Origin: Takakia lepidozioides
Lineage: Eukaryota; Plantae; Bryophyta
Direction: 5' to 3'
Assembly: GCA_030704615.1 (NCBI GenBank)
Contig: CM060731.1
Span: 73,842,001-73,906,000, forward strand
DNA: 64,000 nt
Every line of letters starts with the position of its first letter. Within the stretch, counting starts at the first letter, position 1. The notes under the pieces are model-generated. The model had not been told where the DNA came from. It searched no databases and saw only the letters and a list, made by a program, of their open reading frames with translations. Position numbers and translations under genes: made by a program. Shown here piece by piece: positions 63,012 to 64,000 of this stretch.

Positions 63012-64000
63012 TTAGCTACGTTCCCTTACTATAGTCACGCCAATGTACCTGCATAGAGCAAATTTAAACGTAAGTATAATGATGTCTCCGGCGTAGACCC
63101 GTCAGACTATGTAAACTGTAATGCGATTCCCTGGAGACAAGTGAGTTATGAGTGAACACAAGCGAGGATGTAGAAGGATGCACACGCGTATTCTAATCTC
63201 GAGTATGAATTCACTCTTCAGTCTTTGTACATGCAAAGAACTAGATGTTCGTGAACAAGATTTGGTTTACCTGCCCATCATCATGACAGTTGCTTGGGGG
63301 TTGGTGCCCGGAGATGCGTGGAAAGTAGATCCATCAACAACTCGTAGAGATTTCACTCCCCGAACACGATACTCTCTGTCCACCACAGTCCCCATCCGAC
63401 AGCCTCCATGAAAATGCCAGATTGTTGAGACTGTGTCCCGGCACCACTGTGTGACCTCTGACACATTCCCCACATTAGGAAGATGTGTTCCCAAAAACTT
63501 GGCCCCCTCTGGAAGACCCAAATTTGGATATAGTAATAGCATGACTGGGGGAACAGTTGTGTATCTGTATTTAGCGAAAGCAGATGTTTGGAGAAGTCGT
63601 ACAAGGTATTCGACCCCTCGAATGCATGTATCAATGTCTTTCGGATGGGAATAATAGTTGAATCTCACATGAGGGTCATCGTTGATGTTGGTGCTGGTAA
63701 GTTTCAACTTCCCCCTGGAGAGTGGTTTATACACTTTGGCCAAAATAAAACTACTTTGATCAAGAGTTTGCTTGTCTGCATGGGGTAGCCCAGATAAGAA
63801 TTCCTCAACAGTGGCATCCCTCTCATCAGTCCGGAGAGGAGGAGGCGTGATGTCCAATTCTCCCATCATTGGCCACTGCAGAGTCCAGTTTCCCCCGCTG
63901 GCCCCCTCTATTACAGAACCCACCTCAGATATGCCCGCAACGTTTATCAGAGACACTTCGACTGGGACTGGTGATGGTACTGTCACAGCGTTTATCGGAT
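63012..64000 (-). CDS. GMC oxidoreductase, HOTHEAD / mandelonitrile-lyase-like, 3' part (exons >64000-63271 and 63048-63012)
   Basis: VPSPVPVEVSLI, KVYKPLSRGKLKL, DDPHVRFNYYSHP, CRDTVSTIWHFHGGC, VVDREYRVRGVKSLRVVDGSTF..SPGTNPQATVMMMGR; a GT-AG intron leads to the final exon YIGVTIVRERS*. Confidence 0.92.

Overview
This is eukaryotic nuclear DNA from a land plant. The PPR repeat style and transposon content suggest a non-flowering lineage, but that is inference. Recognisable genes: an SDN5/REXO1-like DEDDh exonuclease (minus strand, runs off the left edge), a 4-exon DUF604/Fringe-like glycosyltransferase, a 3-exon COG4, a PLS-class PPR protein whose DYW domain is cut off by two frameshifts, a truncated and lesioned GH1 beta-glucosidase pseudogene, and the 3' end of a HOTHEAD/mandelonitrile-lyase-like GMC oxidoreductase. 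Intergenic DNA is dense with mobile elements: a 5'-truncated L1-type LINE with TSD and a PPR-derived insert, tRNA-derived SINEs, a TA-flanked Tc1/mariner-type MITE, several hAT MITEs with 8-bp TSDs, a Helentron/HINE-like repeat family and a 5'-truncated U6 snRNA copy. The most unusual region is 32.4-40.2 kb. It holds a TTAA-flanked piggyBac-type MITE, then a second piggyBac left end with a decayed piggyBac transposase (third catalytic Asp region and C-terminal Cys-rich domain; absent from the ORF track). These are followed by a decayed En/Spm-like transposase, a decayed trypsin-like protease with a possible Crinkler-like header, and a bulb-lectin fragment. All family assignments come from motif recognition by eye; no database searches were run.
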